A stretch of DNA of 64,000 nt, taken from positions 608,001-672,000 of the forward strand of contig CAWDRG010000017.1 of assembly GCA_963804645.1 (NCBI GenBank), read 5' to 3'. The notes under the pieces are model-generated. The model did not search any database. It was not told the DNA's origin and worked only from the letters and a program-made list of their open reading frames with translations. This document shows positions 39,408 through 49,019 of this stretch, piece by piece (the stretch's first letter is position 1; the number at the start of each line of letters is the position of its first letter). This DNA is from an uncultured Bacillota bacterium (lineage in GTDB: Bacteria; Sysuimicrobiota; Sysuimicrobiia; Sysuimicrobiales; Segetimicrobiaceae). The position numbers and the translations under genes are program-made.

Positions 39408-40208
39408 ATGACGGACCCCTTTGCGGCGATGAAAGCCGCACAAAAACACGGGTGGGCGTATTTTGCACCCGTCGAGACCTTCACGATCGCGCCCGCAGGA
39501 CAACTCGTGCGCCGGGCCGGCGTGCACGCCGGACAGCACGTGCTCGACGTCGCCTGCGGGACCGGCGTCGTTTCCGTAACCGCGGCACGAAGAGGAGCGC
39601 GGGTAAGCGGGCTGGACTTTGCGCCCGATCTTCTCGCCCGTGCAAGGCAGAACTCAGAGCTGGCTGGACTCGACATCGAGTGGATCGAGGGCGACGCGGA
39701 GCAATTGCCGTTTCCGGACGCCACGTTCGACGCAGTGCTCAGTCAGTTCGGGCACATCTTCGCGCCGCGCGCTGAGGTCACGCTATCGGAAATGCTGCGC
39801 GTCCTCAAACCGGGCGGGACGATTGCGTTCTCAACGTGGCCGCCGGAACTCTACACCGGCTCGCTTTTTGATGTGGCCGGCCGGTACATGCCGCCGCCAC
39901 CACCGGGAATGTCGCCGCCCACGCTCTGGGGTGATCCGAACGTCGTCCGCCAGCGTCTTGGTTCCACCGTGAAAGATCTGGTCTTCGATCGCCAGGACAC
40001 GCTGACGCCGGCGCTTAGCCCGCAGCATTATCGACTCTTCTTGGAACGCACGATTGGACCGTTGAAGATGCTCGTCGAGTCGCTGAGCACCAGCGATCCC
40101 GCAAAACTCGCCGCACTACGCCGCGAGCTCGATGTGCTGGTTGTTCCCTACTTTGAGGACAACATCGTCAAACAAGGCTATCTGATCACCCGCGCAACTA
40201 AAGTGTAA
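39408..40208 (+). CDS. Class I SAM-dependent methyltransferase
   Basis: LDVACGTG, GDAEQLPF, SQFGHIFAP, RVLKPGG; AT-richer codon use. Confidence 0.92.
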   Translation: MTDPFAAMKAAQKHGWAYFAPVETFTIAPAGQLVRRAGVHAGQHVLDVACGTGVVSVTAARRGARVSGLDFAPDLLARARQNSELAGLDIEWIEGDAEQLPFPDATFDAVLSQFGHIFAPRAEVTLSEMLRVLKPGGTIAFSTWPPELYTGSLFDVAGRYMPPPPPGMSPPTLWGDPNVVRQRLGSTVKDLVFDRQDTLTPALSPQHYRLFLERTIGPLKMLVESLSTSDPAKLAALRRELDVLVVPYFEDNIVKQGYLITRATKV

Positions 40209-40321
40209 ATATTCGATGGGGTGTTCTCAGCAATTCAGAAATGCGCCTTAAGAGGAGTGCGCCCTGACGGCGGATGCTATCCGATATTCACCAGTCTCGG
40301 CAGCCGCTTGCGCAAACCTTC

Positions 40322-40484
40322 CGGGTCGACGCGCTCGGTTGGCTCGGGGGGCCCCGGCATCGCCCCCTATGCCACGGCGACGTCCGGGTTTCTCTTCGTG
40401 GCGGGGATCGCCTACGTGTTGGAACTCACCAGCGCGCTGCGGCAGCCGCCCACCCCGGGGCGCCGCCGACGAACATCAGGGTGA
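40322..40484 (+). pseudogene. Probable C-terminal remnant of the membrane gene at 38800
   Basis: VDALGWLGG/PGIAPYATATSGFLFVAGIAYVLEL, hydrophobic, frameshift in a G-run; link to 38800 is inference. Confidence 0.45.
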
Positions 40485-40502
40485 GTTCGGGGGCGCTCGC
40501 GG

Positions 40503-41930
40503 CTACCGGCGTCGCGCGCCGCGCAGCGGCGCCGGCACGACGCCGTCCGGGATCGGACAGACATATCCCGCCGCGCCAACGCGCTCCCGTAGCTCGGCCT
40601 TGGCGCGCACCAGGAGCGCCGGATCCTGAATCAGGTCGAGCGCGGTCGCGGCCATCACCTTGGCCGCGTGCACCATGCCTTTGTGCGCCGCCCCCGACTT
40701 GCCCTGCGCCACCACCTGCCAGGAGTGCCCGGGGGTGCCGACCGCCCAGCAGGCGTCCCAGAGCTGCGCCGTCGGCACGATCCAGCTGACGTCGCCCACG
40801 TCGGTGGAGCCGCTCAGCGGGCGCGGCGTACCGTCGAACGGGAGGGGCTCGCCGTAGAGCGCGTGCGCGGCCGCCTGGGGCGCGCCGTGCCGCTCGACGT
40901 TGGCGGCGATGTCGTCGGGCGTCAGCGTCTCCCTCAGCCGCTCGGCGAACGCGACGTCTTGGGCGTCGAACGGGACCTTGCCGATGCGGGTCAGGTTCTT
41001 GGCCATGGCCGTCTCAAGCGTGTTGTTGGGCACGATGTTCGAGCAGGCCTTGTCGACCTCGACCTCCACCTCGGTCTCGGTCATGAGCGCGGCGCCCTCC
41101 CCGATCTTGCGCACCCGCTCGAACAGCGCCCGCGCCTGGGCGACCTCGGCGGCACGGATCAGGTACAGCACCTCGGCCCGCGGCTGCACGACGTTCGGGG
41201 AGACGCCGCCCGCGTCGGTGATCGCGTAGTGCACGCGCGCGGTGGTGGGCATGTGCTCGCGGAGAAAATTCACGCCGATGTTCATGAGCTCGACGGCGTC
41301 GAGGGCGCTGCGGCCCAAGTGCGGCGCGCCGGCCGCGTGGGCGGCACGCCCCGAGAAGCGCCAGTAGACTTGGAGGTTGGCGAGCGAGCTGCCCGACATC
41401 ACCTCCGCGAACGAGCTCGGATGCCAGGAAATCGCAGCGTCGAGGTCGTCGAAGGCGCCGGCGCGGGCCATGAACGTCTTGCCGGATCCCCCCTCTTCGC
41501 CCGGGCAGCCGTAGAACCGGATCGTGGCCTGGACGCCGTGGTCCCGGAGCGCATCGCGCAGCGCCACCGCGGCGAGCGCGGCCCCCGCGCCCAGGAGATT
41601 ATGCCCGCAGCCGTGACCGTTGGCGCCGGGCGTCGCGGTGCTCGGATCTGCGACGCCGGCGTCCTGACTGAGGCCCGCCAGCGCGTCGTACTCGCCGAGG
41701 AACCCGATCACCGGCCCCCCGCTTCCGGCCTCCGCGACGAACGCGGTCTCGATCCCGGCGACGTTCCGGATAATCCGGAAATCCTCCATCCCGAGGCTGT
41801 TCAGGTGCGCGGCGACGGACTTGTGCTCCTTGAATCGAATCTCAGCGAGACCCCAGACCTGATCCGCGAGGGCCAAGTACGTGTCACGTTTCGCGTCCAC
41901 CTGCTTCACGATCTCGTCGAGCTCGATCAC
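40503..41930 (-). CDS. M20 amidohydrolase, AbgB-like
   Basis: GEYDAL, GHGCGHN, GEEGGSGK, WHP, GRSALDA, GSTDVGDVSW. Confidence 0.93.
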   Translation of the reverse strand: MIELDEIVKQVDAKRDTYLALADQVWGLAEIRFKEHKSVAAHLNSLGMEDFRIIRNVAGIETAFVAEAGSGGPVIGFLGEYDALAGLSQDAGVADPSTATPGANGHGCGHNLLGAGAALAAVALRDALRDHGVQATIRFYGCPGEEGGSGKTFMARAGAFDDLDAAISWHPSSFAEVMSGSSLANLQVYWRFSGRAAHAAGAPHLGRSALDAVELMNIGVNFLREHMPTTARVHYAITDAGGVSPNVVQPRAEVLYLIRAAEVAQARALFERVRKIGEGAALMTETEVEVEVDKACSNIVPNNTLETAMAKNLTRIGKVPFDAQDVAFAERLRETLTPDDIAANVERHGAPQAAAHALYGEPLPFDGTPRPLSGSTDVGDVSWIVPTAQLWDACWAVGTPGHSWQVVAQGKSGAAHKGMVHAAKVMAATALDLIQDPALLVRAKAELRERVGAAGYVCPIPDGVVPAPLRGARRR

Positions 41931-42084
41931 CTGGATGCTCCTCCCTCACCGGCCAGCATTCGCTCCCGCGCGTGCCCAGGGCGACGGGGCCACTGCACCT
42001 ACCCGTGTTATTGGCGTCCCAGCGGCGCGCACCCTCTCGTCGGCACCCGCGGGACTGCGGCGCGAGGCGAGACAGGGTGCGCGA

Positions 42085-42816
42085 TCAGGCCGACGCGGAC
42101 GGAGACTGCGCCGCCAGTCTCGCGACGTGACGGTGGAGCAGGAGGCTGATCAACGCCAGGAACACAAACCCACCCAGGGCATAGGGCAAGATGTGCCGCC
42201 CGCCGGTAAGGCCGGCGCCGACCGCCGCGAGGGTCACCACCCACGGCGTGATGCCGGCGGCCGTGGTCCAGAGGAATGTCTTCCACGACACCGGGGTCAG
42301 CCCGAGCGCAAAGGTCACGAAATCGCCGGGCAAGAGCGGCACGAACCGCAGGGTGAGCGGCGCGACCCATCCCGCGTTCGCCACGAGCCGGTCCACCGGA
42401 TCCAACCACTGCTTCGGGAGGATGCGCGTCACCACGGGACGGCCCAGCGTCCTGGCGATGCCGAAGCCCAGGCACGAGCTGATCATCACGCCCACCCACT
42501 CCAGCGCCGCGCCCTTCCACAATCCGAACACCGCGCCATTCGCGGCCGCGATGACGTCGGCAGGAAACGGGACAAACGTGTGCGCGATGTTGATGAGCAC
42601 CGAGGCCAGCGGCGCCGCGGCACCCCAGCGAGTGATGGAGGTCCGGATGCCCTCGCGGAACCGCCCCGCGCGCGCGCTCGCCCGCGACGCGGTGATGGTC
42701 AACAGGTGCCGCGTCGTGGGATCGATCCACACCGCGACGAGCACGGCGGCGACGAGGGCCCAGAAGATCGTCTGGATCACCTGACGCCGCGTGGCCGATC
42801 GCAGCAGCCGCCACAT
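42085..42816 (-). CDS. TVP38/TMEM64 (DedA/VTT) membrane protein
   Basis: PFP.DV....G..FG, LRFVPLLP, F...T..G. Confidence 0.88.
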   Translation of the reverse strand: MWRLLRSATRRQVIQTIFWALVAAVLVAVWIDPTTRHLLTITASRASARAGRFREGIRTSITRWGAAAPLASVLINIAHTFVPFPADVIAAANGAVFGLWKGAALEWVGVMISSCLGFGIARTLGRPVVTRILPKQWLDPVDRLVANAGWVAPLTLRFVPLLPGDFVTFALGLTPVSWKTFLWTTAAGITPWVVTLAAVGAGLTGGRHILPYALGGFVFLALISLLLHRHVARLAAQSPSASA

Positions 42817-43233
42817 GCTCCCTATGGCAACACCCCGCGCATCCGCATCACCTTATTCTAACACCGTGACGCCCCCTGGTTGCTGATGGCAGTGGTGCCG
42901 TGTGGCCGCCCGCGGGATCCACGCGAGGATCGGGCGGCCCGTCGCGCTCAGCTCCTCGGGCCCACCCACCCGCCTGCCGCCGGCCGACACGCGGCACCTG
43001 GCGCGCGGCGTTCCCGCATAGTACCGTAGTCACGGAACGCGACCTCGGTCACTCGATGTCCGGGTGGTCTCCACACTCGAACCGCCACACCGAGATCGCG
43101 TCCCGTAGTTCCACGAACGCTCGCACACAGGCAGAAGCGCGCCACGGGGTGGTGGAGTCGATGGACCATACACCGACGCGTTCATCGCGGACAGCGGCGC
43201 GGCCTGCGTCCGCTGTGGAAGGGGCGAACACGC

Positions 43234-44973
43234 ATGCCTGACACCGACGCCGCATACGACGTGGTCGTGATCGGGGCCAGCCTTGGGGGGGTCGCCGCGG
43301 CCCTGCGCGCGGGAACCATGGGCGCACGCGTGTGCCTGCTCGAGGCGACGAACTGGGTCGGAGGACAGTTTACCGCCCAGGGAGTGACGAAGCCCGACGA
43401 AAATCAGTACGTCGACACGGTGGGCAGCACCGCGTCCTACCGCGAGTTCCGCCATTTGGTCCGGCTCTACTACCGGCAAAACTACCGGTTGTCGGCCCCC
43501 GGTCAGCAACAGCCGCTGCTGAACCCGGGAGGCAGCTACCCAGGGTTCTCGATGCATCCCCGGGTCGGACACGACGTCCTCGTGCAACAGCTGACCGGTA
43601 ACCCGAACGTCCACCTGCGGCTGCAGACACGGGTGGCGAGCGCCGAAGTGCAAGGGAACACGGTACAGTCGGTGACCGCGACCGACACCAGCGGTGCCGC
43701 CGCGCGATACGTCGCGAAGTACTTTCTCGACGCGACCGATCTCGGCGACCTGCTGCCCTTGGCGAACGTCGAACACGTCTTGGGCGCCGAGAGCCGCGCG
43801 CAGACCGGCGAACCGAGCGCTCCCGACGCGCCGCGCCCCGATTGGATCCAGCCCATCACCATCCCCGTCGCGCTGGAGCGCCGCCCCGCCGGCGAGAATT
43901 GGACCATCGCGAAGCCGGTCCAGTACGAGCAGTTGAAGCTGCTGCAGAAATATACGATTGTCGACGGGTACATCAGCACGATGTTCGTGCCCGGGAAGGA
44001 CATGTGGTCATATCGGCGCTTCATCGCCGCGGCGAATTTCGACGACCCCGCGCTGCCGACCGACCTCAGCATGATCAACACCTTCGGCAACGACTATCAG
44101 GGGGGCACGATCCCCACCGGGGATCCGGCGTCCGACCTCGCCGTCACGGAGGCCGCGCGGCAGGCGGCGCTGGGCTACATCTACTGGCTCCAGACGGAGT
44201 GCCCGCGCGACGGCGATCCAACCCGGCTCGGGTTTCCCGAGCTCAAGCCCCGCGGCGACCTGTTCGGGACCTCCGACGGGACCGCCGCGGCGCCCTACAT
44301 CCGGGAGTCCCGACGCATTCAGGCCCTCCGCACGATCGTCCAGCAAGACATCGACGCGGCCTACAACGCCGGGCCGCGCGCCAAGCCGTTCCCCGACGCG
44401 TGCGGCATCGGGCTCTACGGCGGCATGGACATCCACGGGCTCGCCGCCGTGGGCATGCCGCAGTCGTTCGTCACGATCAAGCCGTTTCAAATCCCGCTGG
44501 GCGCGCTGATCCCGGTCCGCGTCACGAACCTCGTCGCGGCGTGCAAGAACATCGGGGTCACCCACATCACAAACGGCGCCTACCGCCTGCATCCGGTCGA
44601 ATGGAACACCGGCGAGGCGGCCGGGGCGCTCGCGGCCTTCTGCGTGCAGCAGGACGTGACGCCGAGCGCCGTGTGGAGCACCCCGGCACTGCTCCGGCGG
44701 TATCAGCACGCCCTGCTTGACGCCGGGGTGCCGCTCTTTTGGTGGACCGATGTCACCTTCGACGACAAGGACCTGTTCGCGGCCGCGCACATGCTCGGCG
44801 TCGCCGGCATTCTCAGCGGAGTCGACGACCTGAACCTGCGCCCCAACGACGTCCTGACCGACCAAGAGCGGCAGGACATTCAACAGGCCGTGGAAACGCC
44901 GCTCGAGTGGCCGAGCGGCCAACTGCTCCGGGGCCAGGCGGCGCAGTGGCTCGCGCAGACGCTCGGCCTCTAG
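43234..44973 (+). CDS. FAD-dependent oxidoreductase
   Basis: VIGASLGG, GGQFT.QG, DATDLGD, PYIRESRR, GAYRLHP.EW. Confidence 0.88.
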   Translation: MPDTDAAYDVVVIGASLGGVAAALRAGTMGARVCLLEATNWVGGQFTAQGVTKPDENQYVDTVGSTASYREFRHLVRLYYRQNYRLSAPGQQQPLLNPGGSYPGFSMHPRVGHDVLVQQLTGNPNVHLRLQTRVASAEVQGNTVQSVTATDTSGAAARYVAKYFLDATDLGDLLPLANVEHVLGAESRAQTGEPSAPDAPRPDWIQPITIPVALERRPAGENWTIAKPVQYEQLKLLQKYTIVDGYISTMFVPGKDMWSYRRFIAAANFDDPALPTDLSMINTFGNDYQGGTIPTGDPASDLAVTEAARQAALGYIYWLQTECPRDGDPTRLGFPELKPRGDLFGTSDGTAAAPYIRESRRIQALRTIVQQDIDAAYNAGPRAKPFPDACGIGLYGGMDIHGLAAVGMPQSFVTIKPFQIPLGALIPVRVTNLVAACKNIGVTHITNGAYRLHPVEWNTGEAAGALAAFCVQQDVTPSAVWSTPALLRRYQHALLDAGVPLFWWTDVTFDDKDLFAAAHMLGVAGILSGVDDLNLRPNDVLTDQERQDIQQAVETPLEWPSGQLLRGQAAQWLAQTLGL

Positions 44974-44982
44974 CCCGGACCC

Positions 44983-45954
44983 TCAGCGGCGCTGCAGCGC
45001 GGGGGAGTCGCTCAGCGGCATGTTGCCGTCCGGATAGCGCGCGCCCGCCGCGATCCCCGGCGGAAACAGCGCGTCGAGCCGCCGCAGTTCGTCATCGGTC
45101 AGCGTCAGGTCCACGGCCGCGGCGTTCTCGTCGATGCGGGCGCGCGTGCGCGTCCCGAACAGCGGGATGATGTCGCCCCCGCGGGACAGCAGCCACGCGA
45201 GCGCGAGCTGACCCGGGGTCGCGCCCCTGGCCGACGCCAGTTCGCGGAGCGCATCGGTGAGTGCGAGGTTGCGCCGCAGATTGTCGGGCTGAAAGCGCGG
45301 ATGCGCCCTCCGTCGGTCGTTGGGCGCAAGCTCGTCAAATGCGCGGACCTGGCCCCCGAGGAACCCGCGCCCCACGGGGCTGTACGCCATGATCCCGACG
45401 CCGAGCGCCCGCGTCGTCGGCAGCACCGCGGTCTCCAGGTCGCGCGACCAGAGCGAGTACTCGCTCTGGAGCGAGACCACCGGATAGGCCGCGTGCGCCC
45501 GGCGAATCGTGTCCGCGCCCGCCTCCGACAGCCCGACGTAGCGCACCTTTCCGGCCGCCACGAGCTCCGCCATCGCGCCCATGGTGTCCTCGATCGGCGT
45601 GGTCGGATCCAGCCGGTGGAGCGAGTACACGTCGACGTACGCGACCTGGAGCCGGCGGAGGCTCTCGTCGATCGCCGTCCGCAGGTAGTCCGGGGCGCCG
45701 CGCCGTAGCTTGGTCGAGAGCACGACGCGGTCCCGCCGGTCGCGCAGCGCGCGCCCGACGAGCTTCTCGTTGTGCCCGTCGACCCCGTACCCTTCCGCCG
45801 TGTCGATCAGGGTAATCCCCACGTCGATCGCGTGGTGAATCGCCGCGATCGCCTCCATCTCATCGGACGGTCCGTACGTGCCGGACATCGCCATCGTGCC
45901 GAGGGCGACCGCCGACACGCGCGGACCATTCGCGCCGAGCTGCCGAGACTTCAT
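44983..45954 (-). CDS. Aldo/keto reductase
   Basis: LGTM, DTAEGY, STK, HRLD, GLSE, YSP.GRG. Confidence 0.94.
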   Translation of the reverse strand: MKSRQLGANGPRVSAVALGTMAMSGTYGPSDEMEAIAAIHHAIDVGITLIDTAEGYGVDGHNEKLVGRALRDRRDRVVLSTKLRRGAPDYLRTAIDESLRRLQVAYVDVYSLHRLDPTTPIEDTMGAMAELVAAGKVRYVGLSEAGADTIRRAHAAYPVVSLQSEYSLWSRDLETAVLPTTRALGVGIMAYSPVGRGFLGGQVRAFDELAPNDRRRAHPRFQPDNLRRNLALTDALRELASARGATPGQLALAWLLSRGGDIIPLFGTRTRARIDENAAAVDLTLTDDELRRLDALFPPGIAAGARYPDGNMPLSDSPALQRR

Positions 45955-46057
45955 CGAAGCCCACCTCCGTCGTGGTGTCCCGCACTCCCACGTTCGGTCC
46001 GTATGCGCGGAGTTCCCCCGACAGAGGCACGGGCCCCGACGCGGGCCCGCGCCGACG

Positions 46058-47173
46058 TCAGAGGCGGCCGCGGGCGATCGTGCCCTGGTCGAGCACGAGC
46101 CCGAATCCGGGCCCCTGCGGCACCGGGTACCGCCCGTCGGTGATGCTGCCGCGATTCGCGATCAGGGTCCAGAACAGCGGATCGCGCTCGGGCAGGAAGC
46201 ATTCGAGATAGGTCCCGTGCGCGATCCCGCCGAGCAGCTGCGCCGCGACCTGCGGCTCCTCGTGATGGCCCATCCGGACGCCGTACAAGGCCGCCATCCC
46301 CGCCACCCGGCGCCAGAACGTCGGCCCGCCGGACCAGGACGCGTCGAGGTTGCAGACGTCGACCGACCCGCCGGCGATCAGCTCCCGCACGCCCTGCCCC
46401 GTCGTCTCGCTCTGGCCGGCGCAGACGGCGAGGCCGGTCATGTACCGCACGTCGCGGAGCCACTGCCGGTCGTTCGTCCACCGGCACGGCTCCTCAAACC
46501 ATCGGATGCCGCAGTCGGTGGTCAGCCGCGCAAACCGCACGGCCTCGTCGAGCGTCCATCCCTGGTTGGCGTCCACCGTCACGGTGAACGCCGGCCCGAC
46601 CGTGGCCCGGAGCCGACGGAGGCGCTCCGCATCGACCTCGGGGCTCCGCCCGCCCACCTTGAACTTGCAGCCGCGAAACCCGAGCGCGAGCCAGCGCTCC
46701 CCTTCCCGCTCGACCGCGTCCGCGTCGTCCGAGTAGTAGCCGCCGATCACGTTGATCGGCAGCGTGTCGGCGACGCCGCCCCACACGCGGGCGAGCGGCT
46801 GCCCGAGCGCCTTCCCGACCAGGTCCCACAGCGCGCTGTCGACGCACGCCATCGCCTGAAGCGCGAGGTTCCGGTCGCGCAGAATGTTGAACGTCGCGGG
46901 CAGCATCCGCTGCCACCCGCCCTCGACATCGCGGGCGTCCTGCCCCACCAAGAGCGGCGCGATCTCGTCGGTAATAATCTTGACGACGGCCGCCTGCTCG
47001 TCGTCCGTGTCCCCGTTGTAGCACTCGCCGACGAGCCCTTCCGCGTACACGCGCGTCACGATCGTCGCGCGGTTGCGCATCGAGTAGTGGCTGCCGCTGT
47101 ACACGCGGTCCAAGGGCACGCGCAGTGGAAGGACCTCGATCCGATCGATGCCCGCAGGAGCGTCTCCCACCAC
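46058..47173 (-). CDS. Mandelate racemase/muconate lactonizing enzyme (enolase superfamily)
   Basis: ALWDL.GK, KFKVG, DANQ, EEP, GPGFG. Confidence 0.92.
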   Translation of the reverse strand: MVGDAPAGIDRIEVLPLRVPLDRVYSGSHYSMRNRATIVTRVYAEGLVGECYNGDTDDEQAAVVKIITDEIAPLLVGQDARDVEGGWQRMLPATFNILRDRNLALQAMACVDSALWDLVGKALGQPLARVWGGVADTLPINVIGGYYSDDADAVEREGERWLALGFRGCKFKVGGRSPEVDAERLRRLRATVGPAFTVTVDANQGWTLDEAVRFARLTTDCGIRWFEEPCRWTNDRQWLRDVRYMTGLAVCAGQSETTGQGVRELIAGGSVDVCNLDASWSGGPTFWRRVAGMAALYGVRMGHHEEPQVAAQLLGGIAHGTYLECFLPERDPLFWTLIANRGSITDGRYPVPQGPGFGLVLDQGTIARGRL

Positions 47174-47654
47174 TCACCTCACGACGCGCCCTGGCCGGCG
47201 CCATGCGTCCGGCCACGGTCGCGAGATTCAGCCCGTCAGACTTGGGATGTTCTATAGGGTTCGACGCTCTGGCGATTCCCCTTTGCGTTCGCTGAGGGCC
47301 TCGCTCGGTCGCCGCGACCCAAATCGCTGACAACCACGATCGCATCGGGCTGGAGGGACGCCAACCGGACGTGTCACTCGCGTAGTGCTCACGACCCAGG
47401 ATCCGTCTTGTGACGACCGCGAGCGGCGATTCAGATGATGATATCGTGCGCATCGACGAGACCTTCGATGTTGATCGCTGCTTGCCGCCGCACCTGCGGC
47501 TGCGGTGGCGAAGAATCCAGGACCCGAGAACGCTCTGTCTTGGTCAAGTAAGAAACGAGGGCGCGCGGGAAGATTGCGTGTCACTGTCGAAATCGCACAG
47601 CGACGGTCGGACAGTGTCTCGTGGCCGGAGTCAAAACGAGAAGGGGGCACCAGC

Positions 47655-48110
47655 ATGCGTCGTGTTCGCACCTGGCTCGGCATGGCACTCGTGTTGCTCG
47701 TTGCGGCGGTTCCGCTCGTGTTCGGTCTGTGGCAGCCCGCGTACGGGGATCCCAATGACCTCGTCGTCGGGGGCGTGGTGTGGGCGCGTATCACCCAGAG
47801 TGCGGGCGGCTACTCCGCGGCCCAGCGGATCATCTACGTGCGGAAACGGGTCACCAACATCTACAGCAACACGACGTTCAAGGCGGCTCGGAACCTGTTC
47901 GTCAACGCCGGCAGGTTGGGATCGGACTCACCGATCTCGGTGGGCTCCCTCGGCGGGGGTCAGCCGTACCTGGTCGTCACGGTCACGCCGCAGGACGCCC
48001 AGGCGAACGGGACCACCGTGCACCAACTGGCGAGTCACTGGGCCACGAATCTGACCAGAGGCCTGAACAAGGAGATGCCGACCTCCTTCTTTAAGGAAAC
48101 GGAGCAGTAG
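47655..48110 (+). CDS. Secreted hypothetical protein
   Basis: Signal peptide; AGGY...R and VTVT..DA..NG...LA..W pattern; RBS present. Confidence 0.75.
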   Translation: MRRVRTWLGMALVLLVAAVPLVFGLWQPAYGDPNDLVVGGVVWARITQSAGGYSAAQRIIYVRKRVTNIYSNTTFKAARNLFVNAGRLGSDSPISVGSLGGGQPYLVVTVTPQDAQANGTTVHQLASHWATNLTRGLNKEMPTSFFKETEQ

Positions 48111-48242
48111 GAGCGGCGAGTCTGCCCGGCCGGGACGCGGCGAGGATGTCTGCACGAGTACGGCTCGAAGGACGCGGGACGATGCCACGTGCACGCGGCA
48201 TCGTCCCGCCGGCGCAGACGGTCCACCGGTGACCCGCCGTCG

Positions 48243-49019
48243 TCAATACATCAAGAACCCGCCGCTCACATTGATCGTCGCCCCGGTGATGTACGACGCG
48301 TGGTCGCTCGCGAGAAACACCGTGGCGCCCGCGATCTCTCGGGGCGCGGCAAGGCGCCCCATCGGCACCTGGGCGACGAGCGAGCGGAGCACCGACGGAC
48401 GCAGGTCCTTCATGAGCATCGGGGTGTCGACGAGGCCGGGCGCGACGCAGTTGACCGTGATCCCGCGCGCGGCGTACGTCCGCGCGAGCCCTCGCGTCAT
48501 CGTGACGACGGCGCCCTTCGCGGCGTTGTAGACCACCGACCCGCCGAATCCTCCGGTCCACCACCCCTGCGACGAGAACAGCACGATCCGGCCGCGCTCG
48601 CGCCCCGCGATCATCATCTCGGCGGCGGCCCGGCACAGGAAAAACCCGGCCTTCAGGTTGGTGGTGAGCTGCAGGTCCCAGTCCCGCTCCGTCACCTGCC
48701 CGATCTCCGCGCGTCGCCGGAGCACCGCGGCCAGATGCACCAGCGCCCGCACGGACCCCAGCCGCCTGCGCGCCTGGTCGAGCAACCCCGCGTGCGCGGA
48801 CAGGTCGCGCAGATCGCAGACGATGCCGTGGTGCCCGGTCCCCGGGAGCGCCCGCACCGCCCGCTCGACCGCGCTCCGCCGCAGGTCCGTCACCAGGACC
48901 CGGGCGCCCGCCGCCGCAAAGGCCGACGCGACCTCGCGGCCGATCGCGCCCGCGCCGCCGGTGACGATCACGCCTTTCCCCGCGAGCCCGGCGCCGAGAG
49001 CCGGGGCGGGACTAGGCAC
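48243..49019 (-). CDS. SDR oxidoreductase
   Basis: TGGAGAIG, YNAAK, PGLVDT. Confidence 0.92.
   Translation of the reverse strand: MPSPAPALGAGLAGKGVIVTGGAGAIGREVASAFAAAGARVLVTDLRRSAVERAVRALPGTGHHGIVCDLRDLSAHAGLLDQARRRLGSVRALVHLAAVLRRRAEIGQVTERDWDLQLTTNLKAGFFLCRAAAEMMIAGRERGRIVLFSSQGWWTGGFGGSVVYNAAKGAVVTMTRGLARTYAARGITVNCVAPGLVDTPMLMKDLRPSVLRSLVAQVPMGRLAAPREIAGATVFLASDHASYITGATINVSGGFLMY

Noticed and set aside
40257..40275. GTGCGCCCTGACGGCG as a group II intron 5' end
   Set aside because: Too short; no domain V or reverse transcriptase seen.
47260..47360. c-di-AMP or c-di-GMP riboswitch-like words (aaatcgctga; acgcaaag on minus strand)
   Set aside because: The remaining conserved elements are absent.
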